Notes: a model not told the origin generated them from the sequence alone. A stretch of 64,000 nucleotides of DNA from Lama glama (GCA_028534125.1 CM052817.1:80602001-80666000), one strand, 5' to 3'. Positions 37,361 through 50,583 are shown, counted from the first letter of the stretch. Made by a program: numbers and translations.

Positions 37361-38166
37361 CAAGTATTTTAGGGAGTAATTCACCCTACTTGTGGGGAAT
37401 GTAAGTTACCTAGAAATCACCCGCAGTGTCAGAACCCCCAGCCATCCAACAGCCAGGCCCCAAATAGTAAAAGATCACTTGACACATATCACAGGCATAA
37501 TCACTTGTGGTCCCTTCCTGTCTCTTAGAAGAGAAAGAAGTTCTCCGTCTTTTGCTTTCTGCATATACCACATAGAAAGGAACTGATAAAAATGAAGGTG
37601 ATAAGGAGTAGAATGATGAGACACTGGGCCCTACAAGAACAGAAGGAAACTAGGCCCCCTCCCCCTTTTCTCTCTCACAAACTCAGACTCCTAAAGTAAA
37701 CAAAAGACAGATTTAGTTCGACCGTGGAAAATGTCAGGGGCTACCGGTGCCTGACCCTCATAGACAAGAAGTGGTTGCGGTTGTGCAGTAAATGTTGCCT
37801 GAGCAAGTTAGGTCTTCGGTAACTTTCTTTGCTTCCACTTTCGCTGGAAACCCCTCCCCCCAAATATTTTCTTCTACCTCAGTTCAGCCATCCCCACTTT
37901 AAGAAGACTGTGAGGTGGGGAATAAGTCAAAGGGCTGTCCTGGGTGCGGAAAGAAGTCCTCACACATCCCAGGAGATACAGTAATATGACGAAACACAGT
38001 GGAGACACTGAGTGTGACCACCCCCTCCACGCCCTCTTTTCCTTTAGCAAAGGGTAGTTGGTTGTTTACTCACATCTAAAAAATTAGTTGGGACATTGGG
38101 ATGGGACTCCTGAAGGGGAGGGGAAAGCAGTGAAGTGCAGTTCTCTGAAGAGAGGCAACATGAGGG

Positions 38167-38636
38167 TGTCGAGGGAAAATTAATCAGTCCGTCTAGGAAA
38201 GAAATGGAAAATTTTATTCGAGCCAAACTTGAGGATTATAACCTGGGAAGAGCATCTCAGAAAGCCCTGAGAACTGTTCCGCTGGTTGGAAATCAAGGCA
38301 CAGTTATAGAAGTTCTCTGAGACAGAGGGCTGTACATCAAATGACGAATTATTGACAGTTTACATAATCCAGATCTAAGCGTCCTCCTGGTGGGTCATGT
38401 GACCCCTTATAAGATCAAGAAGGAATGTTACCTTTTAAGGAGTTGCCTTGTTGATGCTGGGAGGATGTTGCTCTTTATGGTTGAGCAGGTGTTCCTGCTG
38501 ATGGGGGAGGTCTGGTCCATGCATAACGCAGACACACAGTGCACAGTGAGGGGAGACAGGGGGCCAAAGGGCAGAGAAGAAATTTTTATGTTTAAATTTT
38601 TCTCGTCTTGCCATAAAATAGGAATTCTATTTCACA
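38167..38636 (-). mobile_element. ERV1-class solo LTR (MER41-like, lineage-specific)
   Basis: TG...CA termini (tgtcgaggg...ctatttcaca), flanks aggg/agga (4-bp TSD, 3/4 match), minus-strand AATAAA at ~38213-38218. Confidence 0.7.
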
Positions 38637-38747
38637 AGGACAAAGCAAAGTCACAGAAGGCTAATCTTATCACTTACGCTGTTAGTTCACAGAGATGAAA
38701 TTCCTTCATCGTGGCTATTGGCACCACTATCTCAAGAATCGTTTAGA

Positions 38748-38880
38748 TCAATGGCTCTAAGTTCCCAAGGAATTCCTGAGTATGAATCCTTGGAGGAGGG
38801 AGAGACGGAGCTTTTTCATCTTACAAATTACCCACAGGCGGTTCTGATGTGCAACCCAGGTTACACAGCAGACTTAGACC
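38748..38880. mobile_element. MER5-like hAT-Charlie fragment
   Basis: 'ttacaaattacccacaggcggttctgatgtgcaacccaggtt'. Confidence 0.55.
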
Positions 38881-41229
38881 CTTTAGGTAACTCCCTCCAG
38901 GGCTCCAGGGTTTGTTTGTTTTTCTTTAGCTATTCCAAACGAATATGCATGACTACAGCATATTTACACCAGTGCCCAGATCACAGTAATGAAAGCACAT
39001 AGGGATTCTCAAAAAAAAAAAGGTATCAAAATATCCTTTCTTTCAAATCACTGTGATTTATGAACTAGATGTGGTAAAATGGAAATAGAATCTTTAAAGA
39101 ACACTTGTAATTCAGGTCAAAACAATATTAGTACAGATTCCTGATCAGAATTCAGGAGTGTGGTTGGTTTAAAGTTTACTATGCTGATGTGCCTGGTTTG
39201 ACCCCGGTGACTTTTCATACAAGTGGTTAGGGATGCTGGCAGCAGAATTGCAAATAAGTTGGAAGGTTTTAAGAAAAATAAAAATTTAAGGTGAGAGAGT
39301 GTGTGTGCACGTGTGAGAGAAAGTGCCAGAATGAACTAATGGAAAGTGAATATATCTCTGTTGAAAAGAGTAAAGGTCAGAATCAACCAGGAATGAACCA
39401 GTAAATGTGGATGCTCCCAAGTGCACATGATCTGAGAAGGGCAATTATGATGTAAGGCTGAGCAAATGACCTGAAGATAAAGGCAGAAAAGGACCCAACA
39501 ATTCCAGGGAGTGTCAGGACCTGCAGCAGGAAGTGAAAGTAGAAGAAACCAGTGGGGACAGTGACCCCCGAGAATCAGGGTTAGGAGAGTTGCCTGTGAC
39601 AAGACATGGTATAAACACAGAGAGGGCTTGGATGAGACTAAGGCTGTCAACCTCTGCCAAGCCAAGTCACATGGAACTAGATACTTGCAACTTCACTCAT
39701 CTGGATGTAGTTTGTATCCTAACAGCCCTTTTTATTGTAGTCAAAATAGTTGTACACTTGAAAGGGCTGTGCCTGATAGATTCCCAGTGGATAGGCAGGG
39801 TGTGGTGAGTGGCCAGAGTGAAAGAAAGGAAAAATTCAGAGGCACGGTCTTTGGAAGAGAAAACCACTCGCCTCAAATAGTTGTTGTCTGGTGGCTGCTG
39901 GAAGTTATGCAAGATAAAGAGTATCTAGGAACCTAAGTCAGAGAGAGTCAGTCAGAAGAGGCTTCCTGCAGGCTAGACCAGCAGGTTCAAGATCTCAGAG
40001 GACAGAGTTGTGAGAAGATACGGGGGCGTGTTAATGAAACTGGGAGGAAGAGACTTGAGAGGTGGAGATACACCATGATGGAAGGCTGACGTCACTGGAG
40101 AGCAAGAGCAGGTTATAAACAGAAATCAAGAAGAGGAGGTGAGGGAAACAGAATTTGGAGAAAAAAGAACTGAGCGTGGGGCTTAATGCCCAGAAGCACA
40201 CTAAACAGGCTAATCAAAGACTCTTTGAAAGGACAACTCGGGGAGGTGCTGGTTGAGGCGGTGGTGGGAAGCTGCTCACACACCACTTTGACCTGAAGAG
40301 AAATGGCAGACCTGGGGCCAAATGCATGAAGGTCGCTTACTCACTCTGCCTGGAATCTCAGACAGAGGGAAATAATCAGTTTGCACCTAGGGAAGGGGGA
40401 GATGAGATTAAGTTGCAAGTCTACAAAGAGGATCCTTTGGGGTCATAAAATAAAAGTAGTACAAGAGAGCCCCTTGTGGAACTTTCTGAATACTCAAGAC
40501 TGTCACCAACTAAGAAGTATTCTGCAACTTAGATTTCCTCACGAAATAGACAGGTTATGTGAATGTGAGTTACCTGCCTGTTCTGGACTATGGCTAGGGT
40601 GGAGGGGCTGAAACTTAGGGATACCAGAAAATGGTAAAAGGCCATACCCCAAAGGATGTCATTCCTGGAGAAGAAATTTTCCTCTTACTGATCATAAGAT
40701 GTCCATGTTAATTAGCTCAGGTTTAGTGCAGAGGGCGAACTGTAACAGGGAAGTCTTTTCTGTGGATTTGTGGTCTTGACAACAAGAATGTTTTAAATGA
40801 ACTGGTTAAAGAGCCTAAGAAATTGTGCAATCATTAAAGAAAGAGAGTGTGTGCATCTGGTTAGGATCATATAAGGCTCTAACATAAAATATTTTTAAAA
40901 ATTAGGTCAAAATTCCCAGAAGTAATATTTGAATACCACTGGAGTTTTCCAGTGGAAGGAAGAATTTATATTGAAAACACCAACTTAACAAAAGCTAAAG
41001 AAAATTGAAGAAAAATTGTTTATAACTGTTCATTGCTATAGGTAAGTACACTCTGTCAAAGATGGTCGATCCTGAGCAAGAAGAATTTATGAAGATTTGA
41101 TTCAAGAGGTCACTATATCTTGTGCGTAAAAGGTGCTTAATATATGTTTACTGAGTGGTTAAAATAAGTATATGTTGAAACAAACTGATGAATAAATAAA
41201 AGGCATAGTTGTATATTCCATTTGGAAAG

Positions 41230-41435
41230 TCTTTCTCCAAGATGGGTTAGCTGCCCACCCATGGGCTCCCATACAATCACATGATCACCTATTTTATCCT
41301 ACTGTATACTCTGCTCTTCTCCTAAATTGTAAGCTGTTTGAGGGGAGGAATTAATTCTCATTCTTCATAACTTCAGCACTGACCCCCAGTACCATGCACA
41401 TAGCAGACTCAGGGAATAGTTGTATAAATGAACAA
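41230..41435 (+). mobile_element. L2 3' end
   Basis: 'ctaaattgtaagctgtttgaggggagga...gcacatagcagactcagggaatagttgtataaatgaa'. Confidence 0.7.
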
Positions 41436-42104
41436 CATTATTTACTAAAGTACTAGTTTAAGCTGAATATAAAATTAGTGCTTCATATGGGAGACCAAAA
41501 GAGGTACTTAAAAAAAACTACTTACATAATATCTAGGAAGTCCATCACGGAACTGTAAGGGGCAGAAGGACACTTTGGGCAGTGTTATTACCGTAATTTG
41601 AACATGTAGTTAGAATGGAAAATGGATTGTAATGATGCAGAGTGAACAATTGCTTTCTTGGAAATGAAGGACTAAAAAATTGAGGGTGGAGACATGCTTT
41701 TTACCGAAAACTCAGGATAGCATGCTCTCTGCACCCCATCCACCCCCAGGTCATCCAGACTGTCAGATTAAATTTAGATTACTTCTTGAAAAAAAAACTT
41801 TCAGAAAAAATCCAGCATCTATCTCCCCCTACTGGTATCATATTGAGTGATGTCTAACTATTTTTCTTTTAACTGAGAAATGTTTAATTAAGTGAATTTT
41901 TTCATTGGTTGTTTGGAAAAAAATCTTATACTTAACAAAGTTTAAGCATCCTGCTTTGGAGGTTTGTATTGCAATGCACTTTACCAAGATTTGGAGTATA
42001 AATTGTTTCATCATAGATAAGGAATGGTTAAATAATTTTGCTAGTTCATCTGTAATTAACATGTTTATATGTCTGTGGATTATAATTGGCTGACACAATG
42101 AAAA

Positions 42105-43900
42105 ATTTTTAAAGTTTTTATTATAGAAAATTTCAAACATACATAAAAGTAGAGAGAAACATACAATGAGTTTCCATGTACCCCTTGTCCAACTCCAAAA
42201 AACAAGTCTCACCGAATGTTGTTTTATTTTTTACTTCCTCAAGGTCGCACATCCAGATCATTTTGAAGCAAAGTCCAAGCATTGTATCACTTCATCTGTA
42301 AGCATTTCATTATGGATCTAAAAGGTAAGGGTGCTTAAAATAATCTATTTTTTAAGCCTAGCCAAAATTAGGAATAGTTGCTTAATATCAGCAAATATCC
42401 AGTGTTCAAATTTCCACAATTGTTTTAAAATTTATATTATTTATCTCACCATTTGTTTGAAATAGGCTTTTAATATGGGCTGTGGATTCTAATTGCTTGA
42501 TATGTTTGTTAAAATTTCATGGCCTTTGTGAGATTTGTTTCCTCTCTCCATCAATTTTTTGGGTAATATTTTTGTTAAGAAAAATGTTTTATTTGTTCTG
42601 AACAGTGTTCCACAGTCTGGAATTTGCTGACTGGATCCCCCAGTGTTGTGAAGCACAGTCCTTTGTCCCCCGTATTTCCTATAAATACGCAAAATTGGTA
42701 GTGAGGTCTAGAGGCTTAATTTTATTCATGTTTTCCTTCCTTTCTTCCTTCCTCCCTCCCTTCCTTCGTTGTTGTTTTTTTTCCAAGGTGCTATTGTATA
42801 CTTCTGTCACAATGTCTGGAAGCCATTGAACTTCATTGTCTAGAGCAGCATTTTCCAATAGAAATGTCTGTGGTGATGAAATATTCCACATCAGTACATA
42901 TATATTCTATATCTGTACTAAATATTCCATGTTTGATATCTTAATATGGTAATCACTAGCCATATGTAGCTCTCAAATGTGGGTAGTATGATTGAGAAAC
43001 AATTTTTAATTTTTTAAATTTTAATTACTTTAAATTTAAATGTAAATTGCCACATGTGACTAGTGGCTACCATATTAGATAGTATAGCAGTAGACTCATT
43101 AATTCATTAAAGGCTGCAAAATGATCATATTATTATTCTACTATTTTTTCTTTACTTACTAGTTGGAATATTTTTATGAAGAGAAACTTCCTGTTAACAA
43201 TTATGTTGTCACTTACTATGAGGTTGAGTTTATACAGAAAAATTGCTTAATTCCTACCCTCTATTTATCAGCTGTAAAAATAGTAAGTTGGTTCATTAGC
43301 ATTCTCCAAAAGTGATGCATCCTCATCCTCATTTGTTTTTTGTCATTGTTATGTAGTCATAATTTACATTTTAATTTTAATTTACTGTAGTTATTTTTGT
43401 TGGTGCTCAAATTGGTCCATCCTTGGCCAGAAGGGATTTATTCAGACTATCTCTGAGCACTCTTGACATGATCCTACAAGTCTCTGATAGTCTTCTGGCT
43501 TTCTGGTGTGTGATAAGGTATTTCAGGATCATCGTGTACATTTCCTGCTTCATATCTCAACTTAGTCATTTTCCAAGATGTCCTGGTTCCGTTTAGTGGT
43601 CAGTGGTATTTCAAGAACATATAATCTGGATACTAGGGTGATCATTGCTATTTGCTTTGTCATTATTTCTACCCTCTACAAAAACAGAGTTATAAATCCA
43701 TATTAAAAAAAACCCCCAAATACTACACTGTGAGTTCATTTTGATGCATGCAGTTTAAAAACAGGACAACCGAGTTACCTCTTATTGGACTTTTTTTTTT
43801 AATGTTGAGAATCAGTTTCTTCTTAATGACACCAATATAACTACCCATTTCCTTTCTCCACAATACACACATAATAATTTCAGGATAATGGTACCAACCT
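42105..43900 (-). mobile_element. Old L1 (L1MC4-like) 3' region, interrupted by MER3
   Basis: 'ttttattatagaaaatttcaaacatacataaaagtagagagaa...attttgaagcaaagtcc...cacagtctggaatttgctgactg...tcctggttccgtttagtgg'. Confidence 0.85.
42846..43088 (+). mobile_element. MER3 hAT-Charlie MITE with a small internal duplication
   Basis: 'cagcattttccaatagaaatgtctgtggtgatgaaatattc...gccacatgtgactagtggctaccatattaga', preceded by Charlie target gtctagag. Confidence 0.85.
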
Positions 43901-44099
43901 ACCAGCAATGAAATTGTTATTCAAAAAGTGTACTTTTTAAAAATTTTCTTTTTGCATGTGTATTTATCCTTAGAATTTCCCTCACTGATGACATACTATT
44001 GTGTTACAGGGTTATTTGAGATAATTCCCTTGTGTGGTTTTACCAAAAAATGGATACAAATTTCCATTTATTTGTTTCCTTTTATTTTTAGGGATTTAT

Positions 44100-44530
44100 T
44101 TTTTTCAATTTAGTTTCATTTCATAATTACATAAAGTCTTTGTGTGGTCCCGGAGTCATATCCACAAAATACAGTATATTCAAAAAAATCTAGCTTCTTA
44201 TTCTGTCTCCTTAATTATAGTCCTTTTCTCCCTCCCTCATCAATTTTCATTAAAAAATTATAATTTAATCCTTCATTTATTATTTTAGGGATGTGAATTT
44301 ATTTGTATCTACCCTTTCTTAGATGAACAATAATATATTCTATACATTTTCTCTTTTTTTTGTTTTACTTAATGTATTCTGGAGATCACTGACTAATAAT
44401 ATGTAATAATACTAATAATAAATGTAATAATAAACCTCATTTGCTTTTGTAGCAGCATAGTATTACATTGTATAGATGTTCCATAGTTTATTCAATAAAC
44501 ATCTGTTGATGGACATTGAGGTTGTAGAAA
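44100..44530 (-). mobile_element. Old L1 (L1ME-like) fragment
   Basis: 'ttttacttaatgtattctggagatc...gcatagtattacattgtatagatgttccatagtttattcaa...gttgatggacatt'. Confidence 0.65.
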
Positions 44531-45049
44531 GCTTTTTAAAAACATTTTAAATGATTATAGCAGGAGCATAAACAAATGCATTATCTTTCTCCGTAATTTT
44601 TCATTATTCACTAGGTTTGTATAGATAAAGACAAAAATATGAAGTTATATAAATGATCTAAGACAAATATTGGTGAGAAATTATGGTAAATTTACTGAAA
44701 TGTATTGGTCTGGATATCCTAGAACTCAGATAAAATATTTTAGTTTTCATTAATTATTTCTTTAGGAGACTAATGACTATTTTCCTGATCTTCAGACTTC
44801 TTAGGATAGACCTTAGTAAGGCTGGAAAAGCAAGGATGATTGAACTTGAGAGTTGTGCATGATACAACTGTCATCTTTTATGAGGTGAAATGTAATTATT
44901 TTCAAAGAAAATTTTATTTTATCCTCCATTATTTGCCTATAAGCTTTGCCGGGAATTTGTGTTAGGCTATAATAATGAGATACTAGATAATTATTATTCC
45001 ATTATTTGGACACGTGGTTGAATCCGAGGTTTCAAGATAGCTTATGGCT

Positions 45050-46344
45050 AACATTCTTTAATACTATATACAAAAATAAACTCAAAATGGATTAAAGACC
45101 TCAATGTAAGACCAGATACCATAGAACTAGAGGAAAACATAGGCAGAACAAACACTCTTTGACATAAATCACAGCAATATTTTTTTCAAACTGGCTCCTA
45201 GAGTAATAGAAATAAATGCAAAAGTAGACAAGTGGGATCTAACTAAACTTAAAAGCTTTTGCACAGCTAAGGATACCCTCAACAAAATGAAAAGACAACC
45301 TTACAGAACGGGAGAAAATATTTGCAAATGATGTGACCAACAATGGACTAATATCCAAAATACACAAACAGCTCATACAGCTTAAAATAAAACAAGCAAC
45401 CCAATGAAAAAATGGACAGAAGACCTAAATAGACAGTTCTCAAAAGGAGACATCCAGGTGGCCAACAGGCACATGAAATGATGCTCAACATCACTAATTG
45501 TTAGAAAAATACAAATCAAAACTACAGTGAGATATCACCTCACAACAGTTGGAATGGCCATCATTAAAAAGTCCACAAACGGTAAATGCTGGAGAGGGTG
45601 TGGAGGAAAAGGAACCCTCCTACACTGTCGGTGGGAATGTACATTGGTGCAGCCACTGTGGAGGACAGTATGGAGATTCCTTAAAAAACTAAAAATAGAC
45701 TTACCATATGAACCAGCAGTCCTACTCTTGGACATATATCCAGAGAGAACCTTAATTTAAAAAGCTACATGCACCTCAGTGTTTGTAGCAGCACTATTTA
45801 CAATAGCCAAGACATGGAAACAACCTAAATGTCCATCGACAGATGCCTGGATAAAGAAGTTGTGTATATGTATGTGTACACACACACACACACACACACC
45901 CCATGGAATACTGCTTAGCCATTAAAAAGAATAAAATAATGCCATTTGCAGCAACATGGATGGACCTGGAGATCATCATTCTAAATGAAGTAAGCCAGAA
46001 AGAGAAAGAAAAATATCATATGACATTGCTTATATGTGGAATCTAAAAAGAAGGCCACAAATGATCTTATCTACAAAACAGAAACAGACTCGCAGACATA
46101 GAGAACAAACTTGCGGTTTCCAGGGGGTAGAAAGGATGGGAAGGGATAAATCGGGAGTTTGAAATTTGCACCTCTTGGGGAGTGATGGAAATGTTAGCTA
46201 TTTTGATTTTGGTGGTGGTTTCATTGGTGTATACGTCTATCAAAATTCATCAAATTGTACATCTGAAATATATGTAGTTTACTGTACAGGAATTGTACTA
46301 CAATAAAAGTGGTAAAAAAAAATATACTAACCTAAAAAAAAAAC
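45050..46344 (+). mobile_element. 5'-truncated lineage-specific L1 (ORF2 C-terminus, 3' UTR, polyA)
   Basis: ORF2 Cys-rich domain [44 protein letters not shown]; aataaa plus A-tail; imperfect TSD gatagcttatggc/gatagctaatgac. Confidence 0.95.
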
Positions 46345-46417
46345 GATAGCTAATGACAATAACTGTATACACACCAACCCCTTCTTTATTCACTCTGCTT
46401 CTTTCATCACCTGAGCC

Positions 46418-46454
46418 ACTCGGCTAGCTCAGTTGGTAGAGCATGAGACTCTTA
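46418..46454 (+). pseudogene. Tailless 5'-half tRNA-Lys(CTT) retropseudogene
   Basis: actcggctagctcagttggtagagcatgagactctta matches the mammalian tRNA-Lys-CTT 5' half (recalled) at 34/37 and ends just after the anticodon; flanked by 15-bp direct repeats. Confidence 0.88.
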
Positions 46455-47033
46455 CTTCTTTCATCATCTACTTTTCAGATATTCAGAAGGTGAAAAGCAA
46501 ATAGCAACTGAATAAGCATCAGTGAATCAATAAATAAAGAGATGCCCTGTTTTATATAGGACATGTTCACATTCGCTCTCTTGCTGGGACACGACGTGGG
46601 GTTGTAATCTGATCTGCTCTAACCCTGTTCTCCTTAATTCTCCCTCAGTTCTGTTTAGAAATGAGGGTATCCGTAGGTTCTCACACATGCTCATTTGTTC
46701 ATCAGAAGCTGCTATAATTTTGATGGTAATGCTCTACTGCTAATAATTCCAACAGGAACTTATTTTCTTTGTGCAGTAAGTAAGTAAGACTACTCTCTTG
46801 AACCTCAAACTGTACCTCAGGGGTTACACCTATGGCAGATGACTTAAAAGAGAGAGATACCAGTTAGGGCCTTGCATATAGACGGGAAATATACAGTGTT
46901 CTCAAGAGCTCTGCATCTCACCTCTCATAACGCCCAATACTTCCCCACCCCTCCAGTGTGAACAGGACATCTCCATTAAGTTAAGCCTTAGAGTTCATGC
47001 TTTTCTACCTTCTATGAAATAGTAGGCATCCTA

Positions 47034-47371
47034 TGAAAAGTAATACACAGAAACCCCAATTACATAGAGTTGAGAGGCCAGAACAGGGAGCTCTCACGCC
47101 CCGCGACTATAGCAGAGCCCAATGGAAAGAAGACAGATTCCTCATCTTTCCTGGCAAGGACCCGGCCAATGAAAAGCCATGGACTCTGTTCTACTCTGGC
47201 CCTCCCCACTGCCTTTCCTCCTCTATAAAAGCACTCCCCTTCCCTTGCCATGCAAGGACTTACACATGGCTCACCATGGTTGCAGACCCTGAATTGCAAT
47301 TCTCTGCTGATCCCAAATAAACCCATCTTTGCTGGAGAAATACCTGGCCGTCTGTTTATTTCAGGTCAACA
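47034..47371 (+). mobile_element. ERV1-class solo LTR with intact promoter and polyA motifs
   Basis: tgaaaagtaa...ggtcaaca; CCAAT at 47119 and 47166, TATAAAA at 47224, AATAAA at 47316; flanks ccta/ctat. Confidence 0.85.
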
Positions 47372-47749
47372 CTATTAAGCAGTAAGTGGAACCTGAGGTG
47401 TCTTAGTCTGCATTTTCTAACACTCAAAGATTTGGCTACGAAATGGAATGGCCAGACTAAACACAGCCCAGTCATCCCAAGAGGGCAAGAAAACCAAGTA
47501 CTAGCTGCTGGATTTGCCAGTCTTTTATTAATAAATTTTTTTTCATATATTACCACCCTGCCTGTCAAGATAATTTTCCTGCTTTGAGCTTTTATAGTAT
47601 TAGGCTGCTTGTGGAATTTGTATGTTTAAAATAAAATGTAATCTCTATTAGATATTAAAGCTACTTGCTGGCTAATAATTTCAATAATTTATTTTGTATG
47701 CATTGCATATTTTTCCTAGTATTTATTTTTAGTTTTTCTTAAAGTCTTG

Positions 47750-47970
47750 AAGGGCTGAATTTAAGGTAAAGTGAGTGAGGCACTCATCTCAGACACAGAA
47801 TTTAAGGGAGTTTCAAAAACCTCAATAATAAAGATAAATACTATTTTAATGCAATATTTAAAAAAATAAAAATTAGTGCAAAAAAATTATAGAAATTTTA
47901 AATAAAGGCAGGATCTGATCCTGCATTTGAACAACTCTGCCTCACTTACCTCACCCTAATCCTGGCCCTA
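47750..47970. mobile_element. MER96-like hAT-Tip100 MITE
   Basis: TIRs 'agggctgaatttaaggtaaagtgagtgaggca'...'tgcctcacttacctcaccctaatcctggccct' around an AT-rich core. Confidence 0.8.
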
Positions 47971-48434
47971 ATTCCTATAAAACTTTATTTAAAAAACAGG
48001 CAGGTGGCCTTTGGGGCATACTTTGTTCATTGAAAGATATCAAATCAAACTATTATTTATTTTCATTACTGCATTTTTTTGCCCCCCGCTCCTTACATTT
48101 TGCATCCTAGACTGTTTTTGAGCTAAAGTTGGAGTTGATTAAATCCCACTGTATCACTTTCACAGGTAAGGCTAATGGGAAAGCACGTAGAAATGACGTG
48201 ATGAGCCCCAAATAAAAGAGACAAGGATCACAAGGTTGAGATTTGTCATGGTTTTGTGTCCTCTATCTCCCCAGTTAAATCCTTTAAGAATAAGATTCTT
48301 GACTCCTGTTTCTTTTTTTTTTTTAATACAGTGCTGTGTGGAGAGTAATGTCCGTCAACCTTAGACTTGTCATTGTCCTACTCTCTGAATTCTATCAGTT
48401 ATTTGTGTGACCGTAAAGAAGATACTTACTTGTT

Positions 48435-48627
48435 AAACAATTTTATTTATTTATTTGTTGAAGTATAGTCAGTTTACAGTGTGCCAATTTCTGGTGTACA
48501 GCATAACTTTCAGGCATCCATATACATACATATGTTCGTTTTCATATTCTTTTTCATTGTAGGTTACTACAAGATACTGAATGTAGTTCCCTGTGCTGTA
48601 CAGAAGACACTTGTTTATTTATTTTAT
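48435..48627 (-). mobile_element. Camelid-type L1 3' end
   Basis: 'ttgaagtatagtcagtttacagtgtgccaatttctggtgtacagcat...gttccctgtgctgtacag'; imperfect TSD gatacttactt/gatactactt. Confidence 0.85.
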
Positions 48628-50583
48628 GATACTACTTTTTCTTGTCTTAATCTGTGTCTACATGATACCCAACTCTGTGTCAATTCAGTGAAAAAGAAAA
48701 TAATTGAAATGAAGAGAAAAGAAAACAAACATTCGCCTGAAACCAGAAACCATTTGCATTCCACTACCTGGACAAAACAGTTATTAAGTGTTTGAATTTT
48801 CTTATGTTAATGGTTTGCTGGGCTCTGTAGACACATGCAGAATTCGCTAATTTTCAAGAAAAAGCAATTTCCTCAGTAAGAGTTCATAGAATGAATCGAA
48901 AATGACTGAACACTCCCTGCAAAGAATATCATACTTTGGAACTGGAATTATTAGACCAGGTGGTGAGTGTTTTTTCATTTTTTTCAAAAGGTGGGAAAAG
49001 GTAAGAATTTTCAGTCTAGGAGCAATCTTATAAAATAGCAAAAGATACTGGCAGGGGTGTTGCGCTGCTGGTGGGTGGGGAAGGGAGGAGTTGGAGGGGA
49101 GGAGAGCACAGTCATCTTACATGGGTCTTCTTTTGAGTAAAACTAGGAGAGATTTGTGGGTTTCACATCAGTCAACTTTCATTATTCTTGTTCCTATCGT
49201 CTTCGATTCACATGGTTTCAGTTTCTTTCCCAACATCTTTGGTTCAAACTTTCTGGTCATGAAACAGAGCAGTTGAAAAATGTTGACAAAAAGTTTTGGA
49301 AGCAATCACTGAATTTTGCACAAATTTACTAGCAGTTATTTTTAGTGTGAAAAATGGTGCTATTCCGTAATAAATGTGGGTTAGGAGTGTTTATGTCATA
49401 TACACCACTTGTTTCTTAGCCACTTAGAGAAATAAGACCACAAGGTTATATAAGTTTGCAAAAAATGGAACTTATTGGAAATCTACAAAGTAGAGATTTT
49501 TTTATATATTCTGAAGGTACAGAGGCATATTTTATAGAATTTGCCTAAACTGCAGGAGTGGTTGCTGTTTTGCATGCCACTAACTTATATGTGATACTAG
49601 ATTTTTAAAAATAGTAACTTTAAAAAGTTTAGAACAATTTTTTGAAGCCCAGGCATGATTTTCATATTGACATGAAATAGGATGAAACAGGAATGTTATT
49701 GGGAGATGGCACTGACTTTTAAAAAGAAATAAAAAATGTATTTTCTTGTGGCATCATATTTATATGGACAGCACAGATTTAATCCTCTGACTTACTTGTC
49801 TGCCAATCCTATGGTAGATAATAAATTCATAATTCAGTTAATTGCATGCATTGTATCTACCAATTCATTTAAAGAAAATGAGCTATCATCATCATCCATG
49901 TGTGTTTATGGGGTGACTAAAAGTTCCAAGTGACCTTACAATGTCAGTAAACAGACTTTCTACTTCCAGGAATCTTGAACTAAAGTTAAAAAAAAAAAGA
50001 CAAAATCTGAAAAAGGATAAGCAGACAAAAAGTAATCTTGCAAGACACATGCAAGACACAATAAAAACTCGATGATCAGTTATTCACAGTTCATTAATAA
50101 ATGCCTACTGGAGGGGAAAAAGGGAAGAAAAGGCATTGAGTACCCACAATTGCCAGATGCTATAATAAATACTTCAATGATATTCTCTCAATTATGGTCA
50201 AATGGAGGGCACAGGGCAGAGGCATCCAACAGAAACATGTCCATACAAGGGAGAACGCTGGCTTCCATTCAGGAGGGGGTGGCACCAGAAATAGGGATCC
50301 AAGTCAGTTGGATCAGAAGTGGAAGATTTTTTAAAAGGTATTTTTGGAAAGTTGGTTAAGCTGGGACTATATTATAGAGGACCCTTTAGGATAAGCTAAG
50401 GCATGTTCACTTTTTTATGTAGGTAAGTAAACTCTCAATGTTTTTGAGCAGAGTGACCAGGCAAAGAGCTGTGAATACAGAGCAAATGGAGCATGGGCCA
50501 CTTGGCCAAACAGTGAGAGACAGAGCTGGCTCAGCTTTGAAGGCAGTATTCTCTTAAGGCTCTACAGAAGGAGGTTTTCCTGT

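Noticed and set aside
39740..40060. Purine-rich stretch that may be a very old LTR
   Set aside because: I could not define termini or family with confidence
46559..46568. p53 half-site GGACATGTTC (also AGGCATGTTC at 50399)
   Set aside because: No good adjacent second half-site; expected by chance
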